A program made the position numbers and the translations under genes. The notes beneath the pieces are model-generated. The model searched no databases, was not told the DNA's origin, and saw nothing but the letters and a program-made list of their open reading frames with translations. Below are positions 37,475 to 53,578 of a stretch of DNA of 64,000 bases, in pieces; within the stretch, counting starts at the first letter, position 1, and every line of letters starts with the position of its first letter. This stretch comes from Phyllobates terribilis (Eukaryota): the NCBI RefSeq assembly GCF_046119375.1, contig NW_027362761.1, positions 1,150,782,001 to 1,150,846,000 of the forward strand, read 5' to 3'.

Positions 37475-40085
37475 TACTTAAAGTGGTTGTACCAAGATAG
37501 CAACTTATCACCTATCCAAACTTTGAAAGACAGAAATGAGGGATATATACTGCAATACGCTCAGCACAATTTTTTTACGCAAAGCCCGATCTCAAACTTG
37601 TCCCTATTGTGTGAACGTAAAGAACAATTGCCCCTAATGAAGACCTTCTATTTTTACACAAAGTATGATGCCACAACACACAGTATGATGCCCCAACACG
37701 CAGTATGATGCCCCTTCTATAAACCTCCATACAGTATGAGGCCTCAGGTAGGCCTCCTCACACACGGAATGATGCCCTCATAGTATGATACCCCACATGA
37801 TGCTTACAAAGTATGATGCCCCCTACACACAGTATGATGCCCCCACATGATGGCTCCACACAATATCTGCCACAGTGCCCCCCCAGACATTTTGATACCC
37901 CAACAGTGCATTCTCACACACTCACAGTATGATGTCCCCTCATATAGAATGATACCCCCATGGTGCTCCCCCACACAGTTTAATGCCCCCACAATGCACA
38001 CCCCTAATAGTGCATTTCTCTACACAGACTATGACTCTCACATAGTACTTTCCCCACACACAGTATGATGCCCCCAAAATGCCCCCTATACACAGTATAA
38101 TGCCCCCACTTGATGGTTGTACAAAGATCGCAACTTATCACCTATCCATACTTTGAATGACAGAAATGAGGGATATTTATTGCAATGCGCTCAGCACAAT
38201 ATTTTTTTACGCAAAGCCAGACCCCAAACCTGTCCTTTTTGTGTGAACGTACAGAAAAATTGCTCCTAATGAAGACCCTCAATTTTTTCACAAAGTATGA
38301 TGCCTCAGCATGCAGTATGATGCCCCTTCTATAAACCTCTATACAGTATGAAGCCCAGGGGTGTACATAGAAATCATTGGGCCCCATAGCAGAAATTCTA
38401 ATTGGGCACCCTCCCAAAAAAAAAAAAAAGAAAAAAAGAAAAACAAAAATTAAATAATTGTCGGGGTCACAGAAGAGCAGATCTCACAAAGTTTCCAGCC
38501 TTTACTTAGTAGTTTTCCTCCTGCTGAAGTCCTAGATTCCTCTTTCATTGCCCCCATTAAATATGGTGGCAACAAAAGTGCTCCCCAAACACAGTATGAT
38601 ACCCCCATGGTGAATTCCTCCACATGCACAGTATAATCACCCTATTGTACCCCACCTAAACTCCCGACGCAAAGTATGGTGACCCCCAACATAGTATGAT
38701 CCCCCAACTGTGACCCCACACAGCCCTCCATGCAGTATAATGGGCCTACATACAGTATAATAGCCCACACTAGCCCTCCAAACAGTATAATGGCCCCCAC
38801 ACAGTATGAAGGACCTCACGCAAACATTCACACTGTATAATTGCTTGCACACAGTATAATGGCCCCACATAACCCTCCAAATATTATAATGACCCCACAT
38901 AGCCTTTCATATAGTATAATGCGCCCCCCATGGTCCTCCATGCAGTATAATGTATCCCCCATGGTCCTCCATGCAATATAATGTACTCTCCCATGGTCCT
39001 CTATGCAATATAATGCACCTCCCCATGGTCCTCCACTCAATATAATGCACCCCCATGGTCCTCCATGCAATATAATGAACCCCCCATGGTCCTCCATGCA
39101 ACATAATGCCCCCCCCATGGTCCTCCATGCAATATAATACACCCTCCCATGGTCCTCCATGCAATATAATGTAACCCCCATGGTCCTACATGCAATATAA
39201 TGCACCCCCATGGTCCTCTATGCAATATAATGCACTTCCCCATGGTCCTCCACACAATATAATGCACCCCCCCAGGGTCCTCCATGCAATATAATGCAGG
39301 CCCCATGGTCCTCCACACAGTATAATGCGGCCCCCATAGGGCTTAGTGCGGTCTCATAGGGCTTAGTGCGGCCCCCATAGGACCCAGTGCGGCCCCCCCA
39401 TAGGACAGAGTGCAGCCACAGTCCTCCAGTAATATGGGCGCCACGTACGCACTGATTGTAAAATAAATAAATACATACTTCCCCCCTCCTCCTTGTTCCC
39501 CCGCTGCTTCAGTCTCTGCAGCACGTCTCCACAGCTCCACAGCCTGACCCAGTGGCGCGATAAAGTGACATCATCGCGCTGCTGCATCACATGCAGAGGG
39601 GGAGTGTCACATGACGCTCCCTCCACCATCACTGCTGTTAACTGTATCGGCATCTGTCAATACATTTGAATGCGGGTCGTGGTCGCTGTGCTGACTGTGC
39701 GGTGCTGACACCGCCCCCCCTGGCTCACGGGCCCCATAGCAGGTGCGTGGCCTGCCGCCATTGGTGGTACGCCACTGATGAGGCCTCAAGTAGCTCTCTT
39801 CACACACAGAATGAAGCCCTCATAGTATGATGCCCCCACATAATGCTTACAAAGTATGATGCCCCTACACACAGTATGATGCCACAGTGCCCTGCAGACA
39901 TTTTGATACCCCAAAATTCTCACACACTCACAGTATGGTATCCCTACATATAGAATTATACCCCCCCACAATGCTCCCACACACAGTTTGATGCCCCCAC
40001 AATGCACACCCCAAATAGTGCATTTCTCTACACAGACTATGATTCTCACATAGTACTTTCCCCACACACAGTATGATGCTTCCAC
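37475..40085. repeat. Old ~640-bp tandem duplication containing a CAGTATGATGCCCC minisatellite; second copy split by a hAT MITE
   Basis: 37475-37745 matches 38114-38355, and 37745-38100 matches 39778-40085. Confidence 0.85.
38356..39777. mobile_element. 1422-bp hAT-type non-autonomous element carrying a ~24-bp minisatellite
   Basis: Ends CAGGGGTGTAC / GTACGCCACTG; 8-bp TSD ATGAAGCC / ATGAGGCC; internal (CCCCATGGTCCTCCATGCAATATAATGCA)n at ~38900-39330. Confidence 0.85.
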
Positions 40086-40091
40086 AGAGTA

Positions 40092-41260
40092 CAGGTGCAT
40101 CTCAGTAAATTAGAATATCATAAAAAAGTGAATTTATTTCAGTTCTTCAATACAAAAAGTGAAACTCATATATTATATAGAGTCATTACAAACAGAGTGA
40201 TCTATTTCAAGTGTTTATTTCTATTAATGTTGATGATTATGGCTTACATCCAATGAAAACACAAAGGTCATTATCTCAGTAAATTAAAATATTAACAAAA
40301 AAAAACCTGCAAAGGCTTCCTAAGCGTTTAAAAAGGTCCCTTAGTCTGTTTCAGTAGGCTCCACAATCATGGGGAAGACTGCTGACTTGACAGATGTCCA
40401 GAAGGCAGTCATTGACACACTCCAGAAGGTCCCAGAGTTCCAATTTTCATTTGGAAATCAAGGTCCCAGAGTCTGGAGGAAGAGTGGAGAGGCCACAATC
40501 CAAGCTGCTTGAGGTCTAGTGTGAAGTTTCCACAATCATTGATGGTTTGGGGAGCAATGTCATCTGCTGGTGTAGGTCCACTGTGTTTTATCAAGACCAA
40601 AGTCAGCGCAGCCGTCTCTAGAGCACTTCATGCTTCCCTCTGCCGACAAGCTTTTTAGAGATGGAAATGTCATTCTCCAGCAGGACTTGGCACCTGTCCA
40701 CACTGCCAAAAGTACCAATACCTGGTTTACAAACAACAGTATCACTGTGCTTGATTGGCAGCAAACTCACCTGACCATAACCCCATAGAGAATCTATTAT
40801 AGAGAATCTATGGGGTGTTGTCAAGAGGAAGATGAGAGACATGAAACCCAACAATGCAGACGAGCTGAAGGCTGCTATCAAAGCCACCTGGGCTTCCATA
40901 ACACCTCAGCAGTGCCACAGGCTGATCACCTCCATGCCACATTGATGCAGTAATTGATGCAAAAGGAGCCCTGAGCAAGTATTGAGTGCATTTACTGAAC
41001 ATACATTTCAGTACACCAACGTTTCGGTTTTTAAAAACATTTTTCAAGCTGTTGTTATAAAGTATTCTAATTTATTGAGATAATGACTTTTGTGTTTTCA
41101 TTGGCTGTAAGCCATAATCATCAACATTAACAGAAATAAACACTTGACATAGATCACTCTGTTTGTAATGACTCTATATAATATGAGTTTCACTTTTTGT
41201 ATTGAAGAACTGAAATAAATTAACTTTTTGATGATATTCTAATTTACTGAGATGCACCTG
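40092..41260 (+). mobile_element. Internally deleted Tc1 element (1169 bp)
   Basis: TIRs CAGGTGCATCTCAGTAAATTAGAATATCAT (~190 bp). C-terminal transposase remnants, e.g. FQQDLAPVH and AVIDAKGA. Confidence 0.9.
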
Positions 41261-41702
41261 TGTGTTTCCCACAAAGTGCATTTCCACACATGTATGATGC
41301 TATTACAACATTTTGATGTTAGAGTATCACCTACAAAGTATGATGTCCCCACAGGGTCTCTTACAATGTGATGCCCCATAATGCTGTGAAGTCACCGGCA
41401 GCTATATCAAAGAGGCAGAAGTTCCAAGCTCAATGGACTGCTCCTCAATCATAAATAGCTTAATTCTGAGAGAGTTGGTGTTAGCATAGTGCCAGAACTC
41501 ACAGACTTACTACTATACAACTAAAGCGATCATTTCGACACATTAGACATTTTTGGATCTGGAAGGTCTGGGAGATATCTATATGTAGAAGTGATCAATT
41601 TTACTGACCAGAAATTATTGATTTAGAGTCTGCACTGTTTATTCCTGTCACTTACCAGTAACACATATCTATGGACATTTTATACTGACTGAATGTCTTT
41701 AA

Positions 41703-42005
41703 AGGGAACCTGTTATGTACAAAAAATGCTATTTACCTATATAGGGTTAATCTGCAAGTAAATATCTTCAGCTGCTACAGGTAGAAAATTAAGTTATAGT
41801 CTTTCAACAGCTGCTTGCTTCCAGTTATTGGGGAGACGCAGGGAACAGTCACAGTCACCGCTCACTTTGATTGACAGTCTGCTCTACACACACATGCTGC
41901 ACACATGCTCTGCAGAGCAGGCTGTCAATAAAAGTGCTGCAGAGTGATTACAGCTGCGATCTCTGTGTAGAAATGGAAAAAAGACATTTCTTTATTGATA
42001 AAGGT
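41703..42005. mobile_element. Probable Kolobok/T2-type MITE relic
   Basis: TTAA+AGGGAACCTGT start; internal imperfect inverted repeat (TTGACAGTCTGCTCT...AGAGCAGGCTGTCAA). Confidence 0.35.
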
Positions 42006-42451
42006 TTAAAATCTTCTTGTACTTCAACAAAAAGGTAACAAAAAGGTAAGAAAAAAATCATTCTTAATTATGAGGAGAGCAGACTGTCTTTCATTACATG
42101 TCTCACACAGGCAAAAGCCTGTTCTAAGCTACTGTGGGGGCGTGTTCTTCTTTCCTCTTTATGTTGCTGCTTTCTTATGATTGGTAAACCTCATGCCTGT
42201 GAAGAAGTACACGTCCCCAGAGAAAAATCTCTGGTAACATCCAGTTAGGCTTGTCATAAATTATAGCCTAAACTTTACAAGATAATATCTCTGCAATGGA
42301 GAGGAGAAATTAAAATATAAAATTAATGATTTATTCAGCCCTGCAGCCACTATTCTATGATGTAGCCTGTTTAACATGCTCAAAATGGTGAAAGGTCATG
42401 CTGTTTGCTCAAAATAGTTTGTTCCCTACATAAGCCTGTGGCTGTTGTATA

Positions 42452-44051
<1,600 letters not shown>

Positions 44052-44132
44052 TACTTTGACAATATCTATTTACAGATGTACATCATCCATGTTCTGTATC
44101 TTAATAATGTTCTCTTTTTATTCTGTTTTTAG

Positions 44133-44263
44133 GTTTGGTTTAATACACTCTGTATATACAAATTTACTGCTGTGGGCCAGTGCAGTGGCTACAGAATCTG
44201 ACCATCAGCTAGAGGAGCACAAGGGCAGACTGACATCATTGGGCTTTGTTAACATAACTATAT
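44133..44263 (+). CDS. otop1: Otopetrin-1-like proton channel, exon 4 (131 bp)
   Basis: TTTTTAG|G TTT...ATA T|GTAAGT; encodes FGLIHSVYTNLLLWASAVATESDHQLEEHKGRLTSLGFVNITI, matching OTOP1 FGVIHSVFTNLLLW...ESKHQLNEHKERL..LGF.NIT. Confidence 0.95.
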
Positions 44264-44942
44264 GTAAGTTAAAATAGTGAGAGTCACTGGAAGGACATTC
44301 ACAATGACAACCATGAATATGTAGTATATATACAGTAAAATTCATTTTATCCTCTACCAATAAGAACGGTTGGGTGCCAACTCATCCTGGAGTATTGGAT
44401 ACATGCCTCCCAACAGTCCCAGATTAAGCGGGTCTATCCTAAAATTGGTGAATCGTCCTGGTCTCCAGGGAAGTTGACGGCATTTTCCACTTTCAATTAT
44501 ATCAATGTCTTTAGGGCTTGTGTGAAAATCTGATGTACTTTTAGTTAAAACTTATGCAAAAATATGAAAAACTCTAAAGTGTTCACAAACTTTCAAGCCC
44601 AACTGTACGTGTCTCTAGGGTTACAGACTTCACACAAGTGCTGTGGACAATTGGTCAAGGTACATGAAGTATCTAATGTCAACATAAACAATCTAAGAAT
44701 TGTGTTGTGTACTATCTAATACTACTACTAAGTATGGTTCTGCACCAAAGTAATGTCAAAAGAAAGGAGAAAGAAATGCATGATGAACCAGTATAAAATG
44801 AACACATATTTATTGAGTACAAAATAGATTAAAATACAGAAAAGTTTATTTGGCCAGAAATAAAAACATAATGTGAAACAACCAGTAAATGCACTTCACC
44901 ACAACTAGGAAAGTCTCGAAAAAACGTGTGATTGATATAATA

Positions 44943-46532
<1,590 letters not shown>

Positions 46533-46989
46533 TATATAGTCAATATAAAGATATAAGGATGTGTAATACTAGCAGATACCCATGATAATTATATGATATA
46601 GTCCATATAATGATTAATTATATAAATAATCCATGTGGAAATATAGTACAAAAATGGAATATAACTTAGAAATTGCCCTATTATTTGGAAAATGAAAACA
46701 CAATATAAAATGGTGAGACTAACAATAGTAATACACATATGGGGGGCAGAGATCAATCACAATTGTTAGTAAAGGATAGAGTAGAGAAATACCTAAATAC
46801 CTTAGATGTGGTGCAATGTCATATCCCCAACGTGCGTTTCGGCGCTGTGCCTTCTTCTGAGGAAGTCAAGTGCTGTGGGTAGTCTGCTCTTCAAATCATG
46901 CGCTTCCCAGTTCCATCTGCTCCTCCTGCTTACCTAACTACATAGACTTTGTCATTTTTTAAATAAGGAAAATTATCCAATATCACATG

Positions 46990-47560
46990 TCTGTGAATGG
47001 CAAAAGTATGTGAACCTTTGCTTTCAATATCTGTTCTAATTCCCTTTTGCAGCAATAATTGCATCTTAGTGTTTCCGGTAATTGTTGATTAGTTTTGCAT
47101 ATCAGCTTGGTTGAATTTTAACCCTTTTCTCCCTAGTACTAAACAGTTTCACATCTATTATGTTGGTGGGTTTTCTTCCATGAACTTCTCACTTCAGGTC
47201 ATTCCATAACATTTCTATTGGACTAAGGTCAGAACTTTAGCTTGGCCATTCCAAAATGTTTCCTGTTATTCTTCTTTAACCATTTGCTGATGAAATGTAG
47301 AATTCATTGTTCCATCAATAATGGCAAGTCGTCTTGGCCTAGATGCAACAAAACTGGGCCAATTCATGATGCTACCACCATGTTTTACAGTTGGTATAAG
47401 GATTTTATCCTGTAATGCCATGTTTTTCTTTCTCCAAGCATAACGTTTCTCATGTAAACCAAAAAACTCTATTTTGCTGTCATCTGTCCACAAAACATTG
47501 TTTCAATAACCTTCTGGTTTGTCCAGCAATGTTGTTTTTGGGGGATAAAGGTGTTGTCTC
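46990..47560 (-). mobile_element. Tc1 fragment (3' half)
   Basis: ORF 47266-47493 (MWTDDSKIEFFG...PTVKHGGSIM); TIR-like GGCAAAAGTATGTGAACC at the left. Confidence 0.75.
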
Positions 47561-48014
47561 ATCTTAAATGGGTAAAATTGTAAAGTGCTTATTAAAACAA
47601 AGAACATTGCTGTAACGCACGTGGTAGTGGAACCACTGTGCCGTGAGCCTGGAGGGATGTGACTAGGCGAACACCTGACTCTTCGCTAGAGCGTCTGATG
47701 GTGTGGATAGACTTGGCTCCAGATGGATGCTAGGTGCTACTCCAGGACAGACCTCGGACACATGGCAGCTGACCTCCAACTGGGTATGAAGCTAGAACGG
47801 CTAGGAATAGGTGACACAGCTGGCACAGGCGCGAGCTGGACAAGAATGGCTGGTATACAGGTGGATGCTGGCATGCATGGCTTGTATACAGGCAGGTACG
47901 GCAGGCATGGCTGGTATTCAAGATTTCTCCCATGCATCCCCCCTACTCTGGAACTCTCTACCGCAGCACATCCTTTTTCGCATGTAAAGTGCCATGGAAT
48001 AAATAGCACTATAA

Positions 48015-48876
48015 GGGTATGTGCACACGATGCAGAAATGCTCAGGATTTTTTCCTGAGCGTTTCTGCATCTCTCTGGCAGGAAAAAACGCATGCGGATT
48101 GTACATGCGGTTTCCTGCCAGGGACATGCGGAAATGAAGCGGTCTTCACTTTCATTTCCGCATGCGGGTTGACAAGCGCTTCCCAAGCGATTTTAGCATC
48201 ACTTGGAAAGTGCTTGTCAACTTCACACTATATAAATCCATGCAACCGGCATGGATTTATATAGTGTGTGATGTCAAAAAATAAAAAATAAATCTATACG
48301 TTACCATCTGATGGCCCCCGGTGTCCTGCTTCATCGGTCCCGGCTGCCGGCAGTGAAGACTGTAGGACCTTCCGACGTCAGCGTCACGTGACCCGTCACA
48401 TGACTCTGACGTCAGCGAAGGTCCTTCATTCAACCGCGAAGTGCGCGGGAAGCCGGCAGGACGCAGCGCGGGCCGTCAGAAGGTGAGAATATATGTATTT
48501 TTTATTTTATTCTTTTTTTTTAAATGGTACCTGGGTCTGGATGAGAGTCCTCTCATCCACACCCGGGTACCATCCGCACATTAGACCGCATGAAAAGCGC
48601 ATCAACATATACAGTGATGCGGATTCCATGCGGTCTAATGCAAGTCAATGGCGGCAAAAGAGCAGCGTTTCCGCAAAATTAATTGACATGCTGCGGATTT
48701 TTGACCGCAGCGTTTACGCTGCGGAAAAATCCGCATCATTGGCACAGCACATGCGGATTTCCATTGGGGAACATTGCTGCCCTTCTACCATGCGTTTTTC
48801 ATGCGTTTCCGCGGCGTTTACGCAACTGCAAAAACGCCGCGGAAACGCATGAAAAACGCATCGTGTGAACTCAGCC
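48015..48876. mobile_element. PIF/Harbinger-type MITE (862 bp)
   Basis: GGGTATGTGCACACGATGC / GCATCGTGTGAACTCAGCC ends; 3-bp TSD TAA; many internal ACGCATG/CATGCG hairpins. Confidence 0.8.
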
Positions 48877-48933
48877 TAATAATGAATAATAATAAAGTAT
48901 ACAGGCAGGTACTGGCAGGCACGGCAGGTACTG

Positions 48934-49020
48934 GAGAATTTAGATTGTGAGCCTCAATGGGGACAGTGATGATGATGTCTGTAAAGAGCTGTGGGAATAA
49001 TGGCACCACAACATAAAGTG
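48934..49020 (+). mobile_element. 3' fragment of the same SINE family as 32912-33120
   Basis: AGATTGTGAGCCTCAATGGGGACAGTG...AGAGCTGTGG matches the reverse complement of 32950-33010. Confidence 0.55.
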
Positions 49021-49278
49021 TTGTGGGGACTACTAATGAGAAGAGGCAACGGGGATAAGTAGTCGAAGGTTTGCAGTCCATCGGCCATGAACTACCGACA
49101 TTGATGCATTGCTGACATAGATGCTGGATTAGGGTTCTGCAAATATTTTTTGCTCAATTCTACTAAGAATATTAAAACAAAACACATTGCCCCAAGGCAG
49201 AATCACATAAGTGTCGGGCAATCCCTCTAAAAGTATCATTATTAAAAATAATTTTTAAAAGATTTTATAAAACACATA

Positions 49279-50878
49279 CAGTACAGACCAAACGTTTGGA
49301 CACACCTTCTCATTTAAAGATTTTTCTGTATTTTCATGACTTTGAATATTGTACATTCACACTGAAGACATCAAAACTATGAATCAACACATGTCGAATT
49401 ATAAAAAGTATGAAACAACTGAAAATATGTCTTATATTCTAGGTTCTTCAAAGTAGCCACCTTTTGCTTTGATGACTGCTTTGCACACTCTTGGCATTCT
49501 CTTGATGAGCTTTAAGAGGAAGTCACCAGAAATGGTTTTCACTTCACAGGTGTGCCTTGTCAGGTTTAATAAGTGGGATTTCTTGCCTTATAAATGGGGT
49601 TGGGACCATCAGTTGTGTTGTGCAGAAGTCAGGTGGATACACAGCTAATAGTCCTACGGAATAGACTGTTATAATTTGTATTATGGCAAGAAAAAAGCAA
49701 CTAAGTAAAGAAAAACGAGTGCCCATCATTACTTTAAGAAATGATGTTCAGTCAGTCCAAAAAATTGGGAAAACTTTGAATGTGTCCCCAAGTGCAGTTG
49801 CAAAAACCATCAAGCGCTACAAAGAAACTGGCTCACATGAGGCCCGCCCCAGGAAAGGAAGACCAAGAGTCACCTCTGCTTCTGAGGATAAGTTTATCTG
49901 AGTCACCAGCCTCAGAAATCGCAGTTTAACAGCAGCTCAGATTAGAGACCAGGTCAATGCCACACAGAGTTCTAGCAGCAGACACGTCTCTACAACAACT
50001 GTTAAGAGGAGACTTTGTGCAGCAGGCCTTCATGGTAAAATAGCTGCTAGGAAATCACTGCTAATGACAGGCAACAAGCAGAAGATACTTGTATGGGCTA
50101 AAGAACACAAGGAATGGACATTAGACCAATGGAAATCTGTGCTTTGGTCTGATGAGTCCAAATTTGAGATCTTTGGCTCCAACCACCATGTCTTTGTGCG
50201 ATGCAGAAAAGGTGAACGGATGGACTCTACATGACTGGTTTCCACCGTGAAGCATGGAGGAGGAGGTGTGATAGTGTGGGGGTGCTTTTCTGGTGACACT
50301 GTTGGGGATTTATTCAAAATTGAAGGCATACTGAACCAGCATGGCTACCACAGCATCTTGCAGCGGCATGCTATTCCATCCGGTTTGCGTTTAGTTGGAC
50401 CATCATTTATTTTTCAATAGGACAATGAACCCAAACACAGCTCCAGGTTGTGTAAGGGCTATTTGACCAAGAAGGAGAGTGATGGGGTGCTACGCCAGAT
50501 GACCTGGCCTCCACAGTCACCAGACCTGAACCCAATCGAGATGGTTTGGGGTGAGCTGGACCGCAGAGTGAAGGCCAAAGGGCCAACAAGTGCTAAGCAT
50601 CTCTGGGAAGACCATTTCCGGAGACTACCTCTTGAAGCTCATCATGAGAATGCCAAGAGTGTGCAAAGCAGTCATTAAAGCAAAAGGTGGCTACTTTGAA
50701 GAACCTAGAATATAAGACATATTTTCAGTTGTTTCACACTTTTTTGTTAAGTATATAATTCCACATGTGTTAATTCATAGTTTTGATGCCTTCAGTGTGA
50801 ACGTACAATTTTCATAGTCAAGAAAATACAGAAAAATCTTTAAATGAGAAGGTGTGTCCAAACTTTTGGTCTGTACTG
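49279..50878 (+). mobile_element. Full-length decayed Tc1 element (1600 bp)
   Basis: ~200-bp TIRs CAGTACAGACCAAA(C/A)GTTTGGACACACCTTCTCATTTAAAG; TA flanks. Transposase from 49683 (MARKKQLSKE...WSDESKFE...SPDLNPIE) with stops. Confidence 0.95.
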
Positions 50879-51377
50879 TATATGTAAACTAGTGTTGAGC
50901 CACCCCCGTAGTGTTCGAGTTCGGTTCGTCGAACACCCGTGTGTTCGCCGAACTGTTCGTCGAACACCTTCGAACACCGTTAAAACCAATGGCAGGCAAA
51001 CAAAAACACATAGAAACACATAGAAAACACCTTCAAAGGTGTCCAAAATCTGACAAACTGCTCAGAAGACACAACTAACACATGGAAAAGTGACAAGTAC
51101 ATATAGTCATGCGAAAATAAAAGAGGTGGAGGAGTAAAAGGAGGGGGAGACACAGATATAGGCATGTCATGCCCTTCTAAAATCCAAAAAGTGAGAAGCC
51201 GACACGGCCAGTCCGCTCCTGCCCGTGCCACCTCCGTGTCGCCGGGTTTGTGCCAGAGCCGCGGTGAACCCTGATGGCCAGCCCCCCTCTCCCAATACTG
51301 GTGCCTGTCCGCTGGTGGGTCGAGCGAGCCCCCCTGTGGTGGAGGCAGCTCTAAGCTTTTTAATTTAAATTGTCTCT

Positions 51378-51645
51378 CTAATTTGAATGAATACACTTTA
51401 AATCCATTTACAAGGATCTATTGGAGGGCAAGTCTCATGCCAGCAGCCGCGTAATTCCAGCTCCAGTAGCGTCCACTAAAGCTGCTGCAGTTAAAAAGCT
51501 TTTATAAGGATCGAGCTCGGCTGTCCACCGCAAGGCATCCTACTGCCAGTCCCAGCCCCTATGCCTTGGGGTGCCTCCTGATGCTCTTCACTGAGTATCC
51601 CATGGTCCCGAAGCATTTCCTTTGAAAAAATTAAGTGTCTAAACT
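51378..51645 (+). pseudogene. Degenerate 18S rRNA fragment (~270 bp)
   Basis: TTGGAGGGCAAGTCT..TGCCAGCAGCCGCG.TAATTCCAGCTCCA.TAGCGT...GCTGCAGTTAAAAAGCT and CCCGAAGC.TTT.CTTTGAAAAAATTA match the universally conserved central 18S sequence with scattered substitutions and deletions. Confidence 0.92.
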
Positions 51646-51751
51646 ACAGGTGGTGTTGCTTGCTTAACAGCCGGGATAATCCGCTGACTAGCAGACACTG
51701 CTACTAGGCACAAAGTATTTCCTGGGCTAGATGCAGTTTAAAATTTGTAAT

Positions 51752-53578
51752 TAGATACTCTCGTTGGATGCTGAGAAAGCATTCCATAGAGTCTCCTGGC
51801 ACGCCATATATGATTCTCTTAAAAAGCTTGGGGTAGGGGTCTAGGGGACCCTTTTATAGCCAAAATCACGGCCCTGTATCGCAATACGTCACCTAGGCTG
51901 AAGATAAATGGAACTGTAGCACCCTGAGGGCTCGGTTGCTACAGACGTATTGCACCTCACCCAGAGGTGTGATATCTCACTCTCAGGTAAGGATGGAGTG
52001 TGGATCAGGACCCGACACCTGCATGCATTACACCACATTGCCGTGGGGCAGGGCGACCAATATGCCCCTAAGATGGGCACGTCAGTCCCTGTCCCTGGCT
52101 GGAGTGGGGGGAGGGAACACTGAGAAAGGGGAACCCTGTAGTGCAGGAGCAGGGAGGAAGCAGTTCCTGGGTGCATTGAGAAGGGAGTATAAAAGGTGGG
52201 CACCATCTTAGTTCAGTGCAGAGAAGTCTGAGCAGAAGTGGCAGGGAGCAGGGGCTCTGCATGAGCTCTGCTCCGGAGGCGGGCCTAGTAACAGAGGCCC
52301 AGGCCTGGAAGAGGGAGAAGGAAGGAAGAGGAGCGGAGAAGGCTCCAGGAACGAGGAATGAAGGGATCCCAGGGGTGCGGACGGGCGAGTCGCCACCGCA
52401 CGCCCGAATCCACCTGCGTGGAGGGGTCAGGCCAAAGGGGGAGACCGGTCCCCGAACTAGTGGAGGCAGGAAACGACCCTCAGCTAGAAACCGGAGGCTC
52501 TGACATTTTATGTGGCGCAGCCCCTCGCTACACCCGCTAGGAAGGCACCACATAGGGTCAGGGAAACTGGCGCCAAGTTTACCAAGAGGAGGCCCGAGGC
52601 AGCCGGACAGAAGTGTTGGTAAGAAAGGCCAGACAAGGGACACACAAAGGGGGTCCTGTGAAGTGCTCCAAAGTTATCTGGGAGTTGTCTGAGCCCCTCA
52701 CCTGGTGAGCACAGTACGACGTGGGCAGCCGTTACCTGCAGACGTGGTCTGGATAATAAGAACTGTGAGTAAAGGCCCTGGACTGCATCACTGACTCCGT
52801 GTCGTTACTGCTGCTGCCCTGCACCATCACCCCCATCCTCCGCATACACTGCCCTGAGGCTATACTCCTCCCGTGGGGAGTTATGCTACGCTCTGCTGCA
52901 CCCACAACACCAGCCTCAGCGGTCTGCCCTGTAGCGGCGGTTCACTCTGACCGCAATCCACGGGTGGCGTAGTCGGACATTTAAACATCAAAACCACATA
53001 AATAGTTCCGCCACTGGTTTGACCGCCCTGAGCCACGGAACCGGGTCGCCGCCACGAAGACTACAACCACCAGCATCCACCAAAAAGGGTCCGGCTCCGG
53101 GTGTCCCAAGGCCCAGGGGGTGCGTCAGAACATTTTCATCACCTTTCACAATCACCAATGGGACAAGGCAGGGATGTCCTCTGTCCCCTCTCTTATACAT
53201 CCTAGTGACGGAGCACCTGCTCTCATCAATTCGCCATAACCCCAATATTAGGTGGATTGAGGTGGGAGGCACCGAGTACAAGTGCTCTCTATTTGCTGAT
53301 GATGTCCTAGTATATATCACTCAATCACATATATCCATCCATGCTGTTATGGCTGAAATAGATCACTTTGTTACATGGTAAAATTTTAAAATCAATGCAG
53401 CGAAGTCTGAGGCCCTCGATGTCTCCCTCCCCAAATCCATATAGGATTCCATCCAGTCCAACTTTCCCTTTGCCTGGCCCTCACAGGGTATCAAATACTT
53501 AGGAATTCCTATTCATAGAGACCTCTCCCATCTATGTTATCTTAATTTTGGGCCCTTTATTGAACAACTCCATACAGA
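51752..53578 (+). pseudogene. L1-clade RT fragment split by a solo LTR (parts 51752-51914 and 53128-53578)
   Basis: LSLDAEKAFHRV...RLKINGT|FSSPFTITNGTRQGCPLSPLLY...LFADDVLVY...KYLGI. No poly(A) tail or TSD. Confidence 0.88.
51915..53127 (+). mobile_element. Solo LTR (1213 bp, Gypsy-type)
   Basis: TGTAGCACCC...GGGTGCGTCA ends; perfect 4-bp TSD GAAC; TATAAAA at ~52188. Confidence 0.88.

Noticed and set aside
38637-40100. Several 60-130 aa ORFs with repeated GGPW/MEDH/LYC motifs (also 362-966, 1636-2007, 29966-30365)
   Set aside because: These are translations of minisatellites and microsatellites.
51378-51645. Functional 18S rRNA gene or contaminant rDNA
   Set aside because: Only ~270 bp, mutated at universally conserved positions, with no flanking rDNA; it sits inside a TSD-bounded element.
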